Source of the DNA: a virus | DNA: 64,000 bases | Strand: one strand, 5' to 3' | Virus record (IMG/VR): IMGVR_UViG_3300010368_000009 | Span: 37,447-101,446 of that record | Shown here: positions 36,301-44,745 of the stretch, piece by piece | Numbering within the stretch: position 1 is the first letter of the stretch | How the letters are laid out: every line of letters begins with the position of its first letter | Program-made: the position numbers and the translations under genes | Notes under the pieces: generated by a model | What the model saw: the letters and a program-made list of their open reading frames with translations, nothing else | Databases searched by the model: none | Told to the model about the DNA's origin: nothing

Positions 36301-39300
36301 ATAGTAATCAATAGAACAATCAATTATTCCAAAATTAGATCGGGTGTATCTCAATCTGATTGGTATCTGATTCCAACTAAACAAACGTTTGCGTTCGATG
36401 GTGATGATAATGCTAAAAATGGTTCTGATACGATTACCGCTAATCTTACTCGTTCGGCATCAATCTCGGAACCGGTTTGGACAACCTCGCCTTCTATCAC
36501 ATTATCCGCTGGCACTTCGGTTGATCAAAAAATAATCACTATTGGTAACTTTGGTGCCAATGAGATTGTTGATGTCAAGGCTACATCGAGTGAAGGCAAG
36601 CCGGTATATTCAAACAACTACAATTATGATTTCGATAGTAGTATTTTCGGATGGCAAATTTCTGGTGCCGTTACTCAGACAATTAATAATGGCTGGGCAA
36701 TCACGGTTGATGATTTGGTTAGCACAAATCAATATGTATACAATGATTTACCAGCAGCTGATTATTTTGCGGGTGCTGATTATAGATACATGGCAGTTGA
36801 GATTGAAGTTATTTCATCTAATGGAACCGGTCAGAAGCGTATCTATTGGAGTACAGCGGGTCATAGTTATGCTAGTTCCAACTATACAACAGCTAATATA
36901 CAAGATGCTGACCTATCTATTGTTGGCACTCATACATTAATCTTTGATCTACATAATCCAACCGTTGGTTCCTCAACAGACTTTAGTGGTAATACTATTC
37001 GTGGTATCCGTTTTGATCCATATGGTGCTGATGATGCATCATTCGTTATTAAGCGCATCGGTCTTGCAACAGCCATTACTTATTTTGAAGATAATTTCAC
37101 CATCTCTCGTATCATCGATGGTACAAATAATATTCAGGTCATCGGTTCTAATGAATCACACACATACAAAGCTGATGAAGATGGCGTAATCACGGTTGCG
37201 ATGAATACCGGTAACTGCGTATATACATTGTATCGTGGTTCGAATGTCGTTTCATATTCTGGCACCACGACCAACAACACATGGCGTTGGGGAACCTTCA
37301 CAACCACGTCTGGAACGATCACCGCATCTTATTCCGGCTCGACTGTGACGCCAACTGTACTGGGTGCTGATACAAATACTTTAGACGTTCAGCTTATCTA
37401 TCGTGATCCGAATGGTGTTGATACCACGTTCACTCGTACTCTTTCTTGGACCAAAGCAAGACAGGGTGTTCTCGCAAGAACATTAAAGATCACTGCTTCT
37501 TCGCTCGTGTTTGAATTTGATCAAGACGCGAATGCCAAAAACGGTGCTGATTATATTGATTTCGATGTCAATGTATTGAATCTATCATCGCCTTATACTT
37601 GGACCGCTGTAGATCAGAGTGGATCATCATTAACATTAACCACGGTAGATTCAAATACATCAAGATTAACAATTGCTAACTTCGGTACATCCACTCGCGC
37701 AACGATTACTGCTTCTCGCACGGAGTCGGTTGATGGTTCAAATAAAACTTATACTGATAGTGTAACTGTTGGTCGCATTCAAGATGCTTCTAATAATGTG
37801 GTTGTCATTCCAACTAATGAATCACACACATTCTTCGCTAATGAAGACGGTTATGTTACCGATTATTCTGGTGGAGTCGGCACCTTTGTTGTTTACCGTG
37901 GCTTAAGCTCAATCAGTTATTCAGCAACGCCAACCAATAATAAATGGCGTTATGGCACTATTGTTCCTATTGGTATTTCACATAGTGTTGTTGGTGCCGA
38001 TATCATAACTTCAAACATGACGCTTAGTGAAGCTCGTATCGATGTTCCTGTGATTTACCGGGATGCCAATGGTCAAGATTATACATACAATCAACGGTTA
38101 TCATTTGCTAAAGCAATACAAGGTTTTATCGGTGCTGGTGGTATTTCTATTTTCCAAACCAATCCAACACATGTCTTCACCACTGATCAGGCTGGTGCTC
38201 TTCTACCGGGTATTGCATATTCTGATGGTGATTCAACATTCTCGGTATATGCTGGTGATGAAGAATTAACGCACAGCACTTTCCCTAAGCTGAATTCATT
38301 CACCATTACTAATACTACTCCAAGTAATGTGACCCAGAATGGTGGATTGTCTTTACCAACTATTGGTATATCTGCACTATCTGCCGATTCTGGAAACATC
38401 ACATCTACTATTGTTGCATATCAAGCATCAACCCGCGTTTATAATTTTGGTTTCGAAAAAGGTATTGATGGAACCCAGACAACAACGGGTCCAATTGGGT
38501 GGCTTTACTCTGGTTCGACCAATAACGTTGGATATGTAGCCACCGTTGATTCCAATAGTAATTTCAACTCTACCTTATCATGGGGATCAACAACTAGCAC
38601 TTCACCATTTGGGTCATGTGGTTGGTATAGAGTTGGTAAACGCTTTGGTGTTCAGTCGGTTCCTAGCTTCATCACCATGACCGCGAAGGTTCGTCCTTCT
38701 TCTATGCTTGTACCAGCATCTGTTTCGGTATCAGGTACACAGGTTTATCTAGCTGAAGATGATTGTTATGCTGAAGTCATCTTCCGAGATATAAACAATG
38801 CACAGATTGGATCAACGGTTTATTCAAAATCATTATCACATCAATTGTTTGATCAGGGTGAAGGCGGTCAGTCTTATAATGGTGTGTGGACAACCTTCAC
38901 TTACACCAACTCGTCCGTTCCAGTGGGCACCGAAGCGATTGAAATATATCTTGTTTCGTCTGAAGCTTCTAATTCTGTTCAAACAAATGGGTATCGTGGT
39001 TCCAATTCGGGTGTTCTATTTGATGATTTCCAATTTGCATCAGATGCGGCGATCTATGACATCACTCTTGAACGCGAAATTACACAAACCACTTTATATA
39101 CTCGTTCGAAAACTGGTCAGAATTCAGTACTCTATTACATTCAACCAACCACTGGTACTGCTATTAAGAATGGTGTCGGTTCGTTAACTGGTGAATTACA
39201 TAAAGTTGATGGACCATCTGATGTCAAGGTTACGAGTGGTAATGTCAAACTATATCAAGACGGCGTTTTAATAACCAGTCCAACAAATTATGCTTATAGT

Positions 39301-40881
39301 TTGAATTCAGCTGCAATAACCGGTTCAACTCTTATTGAAGCAAAAGATGGTGCAACTGTTTATGACACTATTTCATTATTAGATGTCAAAGATGCATTGG
39401 GTGGTGGATACATCACTGCTAATAATGGTCTTGTTATGCAGCGGGTTAGTTCCGAGGCGTCAACTGTTACTCCATCAACGTCAACACTGGTTGGAACTTT
39501 CTATAGAGCTGGTGATGCAACTACGCCTTATACTAAATCATGTCGTATAGAAGGACGTGTCAGTGCAGGAGCATTGCAATTACGTTGGGTTGACTTGGGT
39601 GGTTCGTCTGATATCGCTTCGGTCATCACTCGTGACAGTGCGTCTAGTGCAACATCTGGAACTTGGTATACCACAACTTCATTAACGGTCAGCTATACAT
39701 TTAGTGATCCGGTCAGTGGTGGAACTAGTAAGGTTGTAGAAACTGTATATATTATTTCTGCTGGTGTTCGTGGCTCTCGTCAATTTTATGGAACCAATGG
39801 TAGCTGGTCTGATACAGTTGCTGTTGCAACAATTACTGCGGCTGGTCTGGTTCCAGTTCTCGGTGATGTGGTTACTCTTTCTACTACTGGATTTGCCGAA
39901 ACGCGTTTCTATGATGGCGTGAACTGGTCAAGTGTAGCTCAAGTTATCAATGGTAATTTGGTTGTTCAAGGAACAATGGCGGCTGACAGAATAGCTTCTG
40001 GTTTGATTGATACTGCTAATATTCAATTAGGCTCATCCCGTTTCTCTCTTAATGCAGCCACTGAAAATATGATCATTCAGGACGAGAACGGTTATACCCG
40101 TGTTAAAATTGGTGACCTTGGTGCTGGTGCAAGTGCATATGGTATCGAGATTAGAGACAGTGGTGGTAATCTAGTTCTGTCTTCAGGCGGTTTGGCTAGT
40201 AGTTTTGTCACCGGTACATTTGATTGGGATACGTTCCTTGATGGTATACCGGAAGGTGTTACCGGTGCTGCCGCAGCGATGGACGTTAATGGTAACCTAG
40301 CTTGGGGTAATATCAATGGCACTGGTAGACCCGCCGATGATGCTACCTTGTCGAGAGCATTCAGACAAGGTACTGATCCGGTTGTTACTTTTGGAGCTGG
40401 TGGGTTAACTACCGACGACACATGGTTTAATACTGGTAATAATAAACATTATCGTTGGTCTGGTACGGTTTGGCAAGAAATTGGTCATAACATCCTTGAT
40501 ACGTCATTATTCAATGATGATGCTGGTCTTGGGACTACGGCTACATGGGCTTCTGTTTCTGGTTCTGGACGGCCTGCTGATAATGCAACAGTTGGTGCTC
40601 GTGCCGGTGTGAATTTAACCGATCACACGGGCGGTGCAGTCAGTACTCTTGGTTCTTTTGCTAGACTGGTTGGCACTTTAAATATTTCAAATATTACAAC
40701 ATATATCGCTGGTGCCGCTATTGATACCGCCTTGATTCGAGACGCAGCAATTGTCAATGCCAAGATATTTGATCTTGAAGCTAGTAAAATTACTGCCGGA
40801 ACGATTGATGTCAACATAAATATCGGAAGCGCCAACATCAGCCTTGATGGTGTTAACAATAGAATATTGATCAGTGACTAA
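27313..40881 (+). CDS. giant tail fibre / adhesin-like protein (4522 aa)
   Basis: Mu-type fibre N-terminus (MHRID..F.EGNP..GT.VTADFLNALQEEL), GDIWFDT repeats, TipJ-like segment, about 13 tandem ~220-aa repeats; ATAAATA upstream. Confidence 0.85.
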   Translation: MHRIDSEGSINNQFSEGNPSLGVEGTKVTADFLNALQEELAYTIESAGLTLEKGNHSQLANAILTLVGGGGSFPNLETRITQLNSSYLYGARNIFRQNDEPLENVQGPFYDNDIWIETDQSPERVWVWNSITETWIDTTSEASARGILSQQKLQAISDGVVQIFIQTDTPTGASEGDLWYNDRDDLLFTYDAGVWFTVYDEFSKRVIVDAIIREAANTAQGTADSKILTYYQTSAPVGLTAQNDGDIWFDTSDSNKVYRYAHPTWIAISDLRIQTALDYIFLQGAIADGTIFVYFSADEPTQANQAALSPPKQAPSEGDVWVDITDDGGSPRNDVYLFNNNVWVQQTDPDFIRLLLSFASARAISDGAVTIYFSPTAPDDTFIPAPAYGDIWFDTSTVSIPDVNAADPATAAQINVTKWEQYRYDGTSWVVIADFKVKIIEANLKSEQFARTAEDTAISGEITTAVTRIGENEATVQQSLVSINGIAGAYGVRTNVNNKVVGFGFITDYEREIEFTNTGSLDFNPGDEVFLGVDYANKTYAAVIVSVDNVNETMRVISESGTFATGVTLASRYRLLANATIDAGTLNPTPGDSEFEIIVDKFKITDGTSSLTPFSISGGVVYVGALDTSVPQVQYIGEFASDPATTYPINSIYKNTTNGNTYVLEYITGTSGPKQWAIFLERGTNARSLVITANVPGYMFDSNAASSPTNPTITFNVQYQGQASAITSTDIVVTDKDDNVIAATLTSTVTDDTVIFDAGGTTHRGSFKFDIAYTEFAANEFPITITVDDGTLSDTMFVPRIIGSTAKLISLNPDSSVFLFEDDVATVPENASIHFRIQHQSLSTAPTTSELTIVDDAATSFSSTNFTSAGSGSGVSSFELLWSTVSAAVFPITVTIDDESINDVIVVRKLIGGVDAVAGFLTNESHLVPAEEDGTIVVGGLDDAIGTFDVYRGITKRNTDTAYTVLSTIGCSATIDDTAGGTAGNYAITAMAANKARAVFQAVYDSVTITKVMSLTKSLAGVGAKALYLFSDAQTFEFTGDNQAKDGGAVITLSTIRTGVSGITWTAVNELDDPVALSGTGDDTRTLPIGNFAASEYVTVTVAVTIDTVEYSDKIRIVRLVDGSSTINVVLSNESHTFFADENGVISGGDYDSGNSLISVYRGTEVILYQGAAGNNKFRFGTITASAGITIDGGETAPTVGISAMTNLFGYIDVPVIYRNNNGADTTYTKRISYAKSREGELGRNLQLYGTGQVFRFDGDNIAINPSDTITITAFRQHLDTDPVFTALNDSAQSVTLTGTGDSRALSITDFGTSEFVKVTCVATYTVNAVEVEITDTFSIYRIKGAIAGLVVLMTNENHTFFAGPDGTIDAGLFDDGNCTVRVFRGSEEISYDVGGGLNTFSFGTIVASNVIKDVTETAPEIGVSSMSGDAGSLTVPVIYKDPTGNDETITRVISYSKAKVGAQARGLRMSATSQIFRFDGEGVALNGADEITLTTQRTLLGDNPTWTAINQAGGAVALSSVDADTKKVTIANFGSSEWVRVSASITTSIDGNSVTYRDEITIVRLKRGTDAITALIENESHIFPSDENGVVSDYTSGDTIVRVFLGDTEKTYGTGNEEFRFGTITPTNVTNANLTAPAIGVSAMTEDTGRLRLPIIYRDVNAVDRTVYKEITYVKSRAGVAARNLRLFATKLVFEFDSEDSPVNGSDSIVFTAVATNVSNLTFAAEDQNEVAVALTGSGNQRTLAITAFDDAQSVSVTASGTSMIGGVSVGFSDTITIVRLREGAGGVQVSLTNESHTFYADEENAVIGTEYAGGNSIIKVYAGTTEVNYNASVVPGTWRLGTVTPTDVTRNGALALPIIGISDFVKASNTGILLFEVIYTDLNSVDRTIQRAITYSKSKAGTDARALRLIASSQLFNFNTSGQPVDNADEITLNAVRQFIDGTAAWTAVDEDSNNLSLTSGANGDEKILSIANFGSANQANISVSAVDSFTGETLVDTLTIYRLNQGSEGKDGVTVFIGNDNHSFPADEAGLVDDYSTANTTVVVYSGSVAINYSATKVNNTFRFGTMTPTNVTRNVGLVAPIIGISAMSDTDGSLTVPVIFTDNQGSDLTFTKIISYTKSLAGTNVRNIRLRATSFTFEFDQFGDPIDTNQIITFSSLRINVPSATWTAVDQNDDAVAFTSSPDADTRTLDIDDIGSATEITVSVSSTYNAIDYIDTIRVVRLDQARDSITIVGTNENHSFFADEGGVILVGDYASGDCTFSVYHGTRLITYQSTAADDRWRFGVITANSVTKNAALTGGATGITAMSANVGNLTVPIVYRDKNGQDTTYTKIISYTKSRNGRDARWVQLAASEQVFRFTGDDLPLDNVQTVSINVAVNLVDTGDVVVTAKDELGGSITLGGSGVARTMTISQFGNSEYAVVEATASITVQGQAQVIKDTITIGRVRNGSGVVQALLTNESHSFAADEDGVVSSYGGGDTDVRVFRGSEEINYQATAANNKFRFGTYIVSNVTSNGGLTKPAVGISAMSSDFGTLTIPIIYRDPNGDDVTINKVVSYSKSRAGNKARLMRLYGTGQVFKFNQDGNPVNGSDTITLNAISTNLGVPTWTAVDENSVNRNTLLLTGATDYQKILNIANFIPYETITVTASATHDAVNYSDQFTVYKVDEGASNIVVALSNEAHIFGADEEGVVSDYDSGDSVIRVFRGATEVSYNAGGADDSFLVNNFVATDTTRDGALALPSVGISAMSEDAGTLSFDVVYTDSVGSTGPTQTKTISYSKARAGVNARAIRLFSSSMQFNFDAGDSPLNGSDSIAFDAIKSFLPGTVTWTAKDQTAGNITLTGTGNSRALSVTNFGSSTYVDVKASVSDTVNTITTVYEDQIRVVRVRDGASGSIGADALQVFLTNPQTAFALDGDGKMVESYLIGNTDVEVYLGTTAVSYSGTTTANTWRYGTFTETNVKKYQSSGTVGISDMFADQGSLSVQIIYRTTDAQDIVINRTINYSKIRSGVSQSDWYLIPTKQTFAFDGDDNAKNGSDTITANLTRSASISEPVWTTSPSITLSAGTSVDQKIITIGNFGANEIVDVKATSSEGKPVYSNNYNYDFDSSIFGWQISGAVTQTINNGWAITVDDLVSTNQYVYNDLPAADYFAGADYRYMAVEIEVISSNGTGQKRIYWSTAGHSYASSNYTTANIQDADLSIVGTHTLIFDLHNPTVGSSTDFSGNTIRGIRFDPYGADDASFVIKRIGLATAITYFEDNFTISRIIDGTNNIQVIGSNESHTYKADEDGVITVAMNTGNCVYTLYRGSNVVSYSGTTTNNTWRWGTFTTTSGTITASYSGSTVTPTVLGADTNTLDVQLIYRDPNGVDTTFTRTLSWTKARQGVLARTLKITASSLVFEFDQDANAKNGADYIDFDVNVLNLSSPYTWTAVDQSGSSLTLTTVDSNTSRLTIANFGTSTRATITASRTESVDGSNKTYTDSVTVGRIQDASNNVVVIPTNESHTFFANEDGYVTDYSGGVGTFVVYRGLSSISYSATPTNNKWRYGTIVPIGISHSVVGADIITSNMTLSEARIDVPVIYRDANGQDYTYNQRLSFAKAIQGFIGAGGISIFQTNPTHVFTTDQAGALLPGIAYSDGDSTFSVYAGDEELTHSTFPKLNSFTITNTTPSNVTQNGGLSLPTIGISALSADSGNITSTIVAYQASTRVYNFGFEKGIDGTQTTTGPIGWLYSGSTNNVGYVATVDSNSNFNSTLSWGSTTSTSPFGSCGWYRVGKRFGVQSVPSFITMTAKVRPSSMLVPASVSVSGTQVYLAEDDCYAEVIFRDINNAQIGSTVYSKSLSHQLFDQGEGGQSYNGVWTTFTYTNSSVPVGTEAIEIYLVSSEASNSVQTNGYRGSNSGVLFDDFQFASDAAIYDITLEREITQTTLYTRSKTGQNSVLYYIQPTTGTAIKNGVGSLTGELHKVDGPSDVKVTSGNVKLYQDGVLITSPTNYAYSLNSAAITGSTLIEAKDGATVYDTISLLDVKDALGGGYITANNGLVMQRVSSEASTVTPSTSTLVGTFYRAGDATTPYTKSCRIEGRVSAGALQLRWVDLGGSSDIASVITRDSASSATSGTWYTTTSLTVSYTFSDPVSGGTSKVVETVYIISAGVRGSRQFYGTNGSWSDTVAVATITAAGLVPVLGDVVTLSTTGFAETRFYDGVNWSSVAQVINGNLVVQGTMAADRIASGLIDTANIQLGSSRFSLNAATENMIIQDENGYTRVKIGDLGAGASAYGIEIRDSGGNLVLSSGGLASSFVTGTFDWDTFLDGIPEGVTGAAAAMDVNGNLAWGNINGTGRPADDATLSRAFRQGTDPVVTFGAGGLTTDDTWFNTGNNKHYRWSGTVWQEIGHNILDTSLFNDDAGLGTTATWASVSGSGRPADNATVGARAGVNLTDHTGGAVSTLGSFARLVGTLNISNITTYIAGAAIDTALIRDAAIVNAKIFDLEASKITAGTIDVNINIGSANISLDGVNNRILISD
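30060..38430 (+). repeat. about 13 tandem ~220-aa (~660 bp) degenerate repeats in the fibre
   Basis: Recurring NE(S/N/A)H(T/S/I)F.AD..G...VGISAM...(I/V)IY.D...ISYSKSR.G..AR motif. Confidence 0.85.
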
Positions 40882-41327
40882 TGGTAAACAGAGTAACAAC
40901 AAAATTAAATGATGGAACACACGGTTTGTTTATTTCCAAACCGGGTATTGATGTATTGACGGCATCTCAATGGGAAATGGTTTTTGATTCTAGAAACAAT
41001 TATGCTGCAACGGTTATTCAAACTGGTACAGCCTCGCGTGGAGCAACAGTTAGTTTCCCCACACAATCATATACCCCACAAGCAATAGTTTCGATTGTCA
41101 CTGCTGGTAATATGAATGGTTTAAAATATTATAATTCTGCTGTTGAGGATATTTATTTGTACGGCGAAGACACAGGATATAATTTTGTCCGCAAACGATT
41201 AATTGAACCTATATACAAAATAACATCAAATAGTATTGAATTCATTGACGACTATGTAGCAAATTATGATCCGTCTGGTGGATATACGGTTAGATATGCG
41301 ATATTACGTATACCGGGTGCAGTATGA
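40881..41327 (+). CDS. tail fibre-associated protein (paralog 1)
   Basis: GLFISKPGIDVLTA motif; coupled to the fibre gene. Confidence 0.7.
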   Translation: MVNRVTTKLNDGTHGLFISKPGIDVLTASQWEMVFDSRNNYAATVIQTGTASRGATVSFPTQSYTPQAIVSIVTAGNMNGLKYYNSAVEDIYLYGEDTGYNFVRKRLIEPIYKITSNSIEFIDDYVANYDPSGGYTVRYAILRIPGAV

Positions 41328-41710
41328 CAAACAGAATAATTATCGGTCAAAAAAACATAGGTGAATATGGTCTTTGGGTTTCCCGACTCGGGTATGATGT
41401 TTTGACCACATCTGATAGTAATTTATTGTTTTCCATGTCGGGTGCTTATCTACAAGTATTGCAACAGGGAGAGTTTACAATAGGCTCAGGTACAAATCCG
41501 TATTTAAATATTTCATTATCTGGAACTAATGGGATTTCTCCCTTTGTGTATGTTTTTATTAAAGATTCATATGATGTTGGAACACGGGTATACAATATTA
41601 ATGCAAGCATGAATGTAGTAGCATCTTCTAGTAATTTAAATATTGCACTGGATGGTTATCATTCGTCTACAACTCAGGGATCATATATTTGTTTTTACGA
41701 TGGTGAATAG
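41324..41710 (+). CDS. tail fibre-associated protein (paralog 2)
   Basis: GLWVSRLGYDVLT motif. Confidence 0.7.
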   Translation: MTNRIIIGQKNIGEYGLWVSRLGYDVLTTSDSNLLFSMSGAYLQVLQQGEFTIGSGTNPYLNISLSGTNGISPFVYVFIKDSYDVGTRVYNINASMNVVASSSNLNIALDGYHSSTTQGSYICFYDGE

Positions 41711-43412
41711 AGTTTTAATTGACGCTAACAATTTTAAAGTATCGAAGCCGGGCATTGATGTTCTTACGGCAAACAATAGCCAATTGATTATTAGAAACAA
41801 TTCAACATCATTGGGTATTATGCAAACTGGTACATTTACCGAAAGCGTGATAGATGGATATTATGCTTATAATACATTTAGACCGTACTTTTTTGAGTAT
41901 CTACCAGTGAGCCATGCTATAATTAACCCAACCGGCTTCCTTCCCTTGATGCTTCATCAACGTATTGATAATAGTAATTCATCCATCGCTTGGGGCGGCG
42001 GATTCTATATGGAATATTCAGCATCGGGTGCATATGTGGACCAGAGTGGGGAATTCGATACCATTGGTACATCGTCCGCTGGTTCAACGAGTGGTCATTG
42101 GGTTGTTTTTCTAGCACCAGACGGAGCAAAATGTATTGGTGGTGGCGGTGGAATCATTGCCAATGGTATTGATGAATTTTTCTTTAGATCGGTTTATCAA
42201 GAATCATCATATAGATATAATGCGTTCTTCACCAAATCTACCGAAGATGATCAACCGCCTGATCCAAAAGATAGAATACCGAATGCAATAAGCTTCAATG
42301 ATAAAATTAATACAACTGATGCAGCGGTAACAAATTCTCAAACGATTAGTGGGGTTGATGCAGGGTTTTTTATAGAAGCTACCTTATCATCCTCGTTGAA
42401 TTCTGGAGCAAGTGAAAAGTTTACAGCTACCCGTATCGAAACCGATGACACGAGTAAATCGGTTCAGGTGACTTCCGGTAATTCAGTACTACTTGATGTA
42501 TTACCGGGTAGTTCTGTATCTTTTATGTTTGAGGGAACCGCAGCTAAGCTAGTTGATGTAACTTTAAAAAATGTAAATAATGGAAACAATATATTAGATA
42601 CATTCACACTCGGTGTAAACTCATTTGATTATTATCCTGACCCGTTGGATTTTTCTAACTTAACAGGGTCCGGTTATGATATTGGTAACACAGTGACTGT
42701 TACGGGTATTAATACCGCAACTGATATAAGAATTGAATTACCAACAATTCTTTCAGCAGGCCAATACTTGGCAATTTATAAAAATAGTGTCATAACTCTA
42801 CAGACTTCTGGATCGACACTCACCACGGTGTTTAATGATGGTGATGATGTTTCATTTGCTATATATTCTCATAATGGATATTCTGGTACGGTTACGGTTA
42901 GAAATTTAGAAAATAATGAGATACTAGATACATTCACATCTAGTATCTCGTCTAATAACAGCATTCCAGATATAATACCCAACCTTGATTCGTTTTCAGC
43001 ATCAAGTGTTACTAATATAACAACCGATACGACAAATTCCATTTCGATGACGGGTTATAGTGGTTCTGCTACTATGAAATTGATAACATTGACTCTTGGG
43101 GTGTCTGATGGTCCGTCTATACCGGATTACACAATGAATTTTGTGATCCTATCAAATGGTTCAGTAATCAAAACTATACCGTCCGGTTCCACCGATAATA
43201 TTTTTTCATTCCCGGTTGGAGCATCATTATCGATTAGGGCTGAATTGAATAATAGTGATACAACAGGTATTACTGTTACCGGAACTGCTACACTGAGCGT
43301 AAACGCCGGTGGTCAATATGCGTTTTTAGATAATATGGCTGTAAATATGTATGCTGCCGCAGCGGCAGGTGGTGGCGGTGGTCCGGGCGGTGGAGGCTTT
43401 GGTGGTATATAA
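41700..43412 (+). CDS. tail fibre-associated / receptor-binding protein (paralog 3)
   Basis: Start moved to MVNRV; FKVSKPGIDVLTA; internal repeats (NILDTFT/EILDTFT); Gly-rich tail. Confidence 0.7.
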   Translation: MVNRVLIDANNFKVSKPGIDVLTANNSQLIIRNNSTSLGIMQTGTFTESVIDGYYAYNTFRPYFFEYLPVSHAIINPTGFLPLMLHQRIDNSNSSIAWGGGFYMEYSASGAYVDQSGEFDTIGTSSAGSTSGHWVVFLAPDGAKCIGGGGGIIANGIDEFFFRSVYQESSYRYNAFFTKSTEDDQPPDPKDRIPNAISFNDKINTTDAAVTNSQTISGVDAGFFIEATLSSSLNSGASEKFTATRIETDDTSKSVQVTSGNSVLLDVLPGSSVSFMFEGTAAKLVDVTLKNVNNGNNILDTFTLGVNSFDYYPDPLDFSNLTGSGYDIGNTVTVTGINTATDIRIELPTILSAGQYLAIYKNSVITLQTSGSTLTTVFNDGDDVSFAIYSHNGYSGTVTVRNLENNEILDTFTSSISSNNSIPDIIPNLDSFSASSVTNITTDTTNSISMTGYSGSATMKLITLTLGVSDGPSIPDYTMNFVILSNGSVIKTIPSGSTDNIFSFPVGASLSIRAELNNSDTTGITVTGTATLSVNAGGQYAFLDNMAVNMYAAAAAGGGGGPGGGGFGGI

Positions 43413-43810
43413 TGTATATTGTAATATATGATCCTATAACAAAACGACCGTCTTATACAGCAGAACAGTCTGATCTAATTAAATTGGATTTTTTCAAAGA
43501 CCAAGGTTTAAGTTGCTTTCTTTCAGAAACTGCTAATATATCAAATCAATATGTTGAAAATGATACATTGGTTTCTATGAAGGCGATGTCTTTGGGATAT
43601 GAACCCACGGGGTTAGTCGGCCAAGAACATATAATCACAGGAGTACCAGATAACACGGAAGTTTCGGTTGATGGTGTTTCTATGGGACTAATAAATGATG
43701 GTATGGCCGAATTCACATTTGATGATGTTGCCGAATACCACATTATGTTCAAAAATGAACCAAGGTATGTAACAACTAATATAATGGTAAACATCGGCAA
43801 TGAAATTTAA
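43412..43810 (+). CDS. tail accessory protein
   Basis: Coupled ORF within the fibre operon. Confidence 0.6.
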   Translation: MYIVIYDPITKRPSYTAEQSDLIKLDFFKDQGLSCFLSETANISNQYVENDTLVSMKAMSLGYEPTGLVGQEHIITGVPDNTEVSVDGVSMGLINDGMAEFTFDDVAEYHIMFKNEPRYVTTNIMVNIGNEI

Positions 43811-44195
43811 TATTAAAAAAGATTATGATTATAATCAATTAAGAACTAACGCGAAGCGTTATATTGATTCTGAAGCCGAACGAGCCAGACGTAGACTGAC
43901 AACAGATGGCGCTATTATGTCAATGGTTTATTCTTCCAAATTAGAAGAAGCTAAATCATATATTAATGACCCTGACCCAGATGATTCAAAATACACATTC
44001 TTGTGTGCTGAACTCCCTATCACAGAGGGTAGGAGTATGATTAGTCTCGCTAATATGATCATAGAAAAAAATAATTTGTGGAAAAATCAAATGGCACGAA
44101 TTGAACGTATTAGAATTGAACGTAAAAAAATGATTGATGTAACACAGAATGATCGTGTTGTTATTGAAAAAATTGCTAATAACACATCTTTTTGA
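43800..44195 (+). CDS. tail fibre assembly-like protein
   Basis: IDSEAERARRR..T.G..MVY..KLEEA...Y.FL.AE pattern typical of fibre-adjacent proteins. Confidence 0.6.
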   Translation: MKFNIKKDYDYNQLRTNAKRYIDSEAERARRRLTTDGAIMSMVYSSKLEEAKSYINDPDPDDSKYTFLCAELPITEGRSMISLANMIIEKNNLWKNQMARIERIRIERKKMIDVTQNDRVVIEKIANNTSF

Positions 44196-44226
44196 TTCTA
44201 TTACGAAAAAAAAATGCACTTAGGTG

Positions 44227-44255
44227 TTGACATAGTTTCGTTTTCTGGTATAAGT
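44227..44255 (+). promoter_or_regulatory. sigma70-type promoter of the Pro/Pro/Gln tRNA cluster
   Basis: TTGACA-N16-TATAAGT. Confidence 0.7.
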
Positions 44256-44407
44256 ATATTCATGAACACGATGTTGACATACGATGCCTTCGGGGCAACA
44301 GCCACAGGAATTACGATTTCTGTTGACGCTATCGCTATGCCAACTCCACAGGCTGTCCAACCCCTTTAGGGGTTTGTTGAGAATGCCTGAAATTCATTTC
44401 TAATTAT

Positions 44408-44484
<77 letters not shown>

Positions 44485-44490
44485 ATTTCC

Positions 44491-44566
44491 CAGAATGTAG
44501 CTCAGTGGCGAGAGCACCGGTCTTGGGCACCGGGGGTCGCAGGTTCGAATCCTGCCATTCTGACCA
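44491..44566 (+). tRNA. tRNA-Pro(TGG), second divergent copy
   Basis: CCGGT-CT TGG GC-ACCGG anticodon arm; A73 and CCA. Confidence 0.93.
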
Positions 44567-44617
44567 ATTTATTCATCAGGAGAATAAAATGAATACCGGA
44601 GCTTAATAAAAGTTTAA

Positions 44618-44692
44618 TGGAGAGTCGCCAAGCGGTAAGGCAACAGGTTTTGATCCTGTCATGCGCAGGTTCGAATCCTGCCTCTCCAGCCA
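44618..44692 (+). tRNA. tRNA-Gln(TTG)
   Basis: ACAGG-TT TTG AT-CCTGT anticodon arm; U1-A72; G73 and CCA. Confidence 0.95.
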
Positions 44693-44745
44693 TTTTTATA
44701 TTCGAACCACCTTTTGCTATAAGTAGTATTAAAGGTGGTTCGAAT

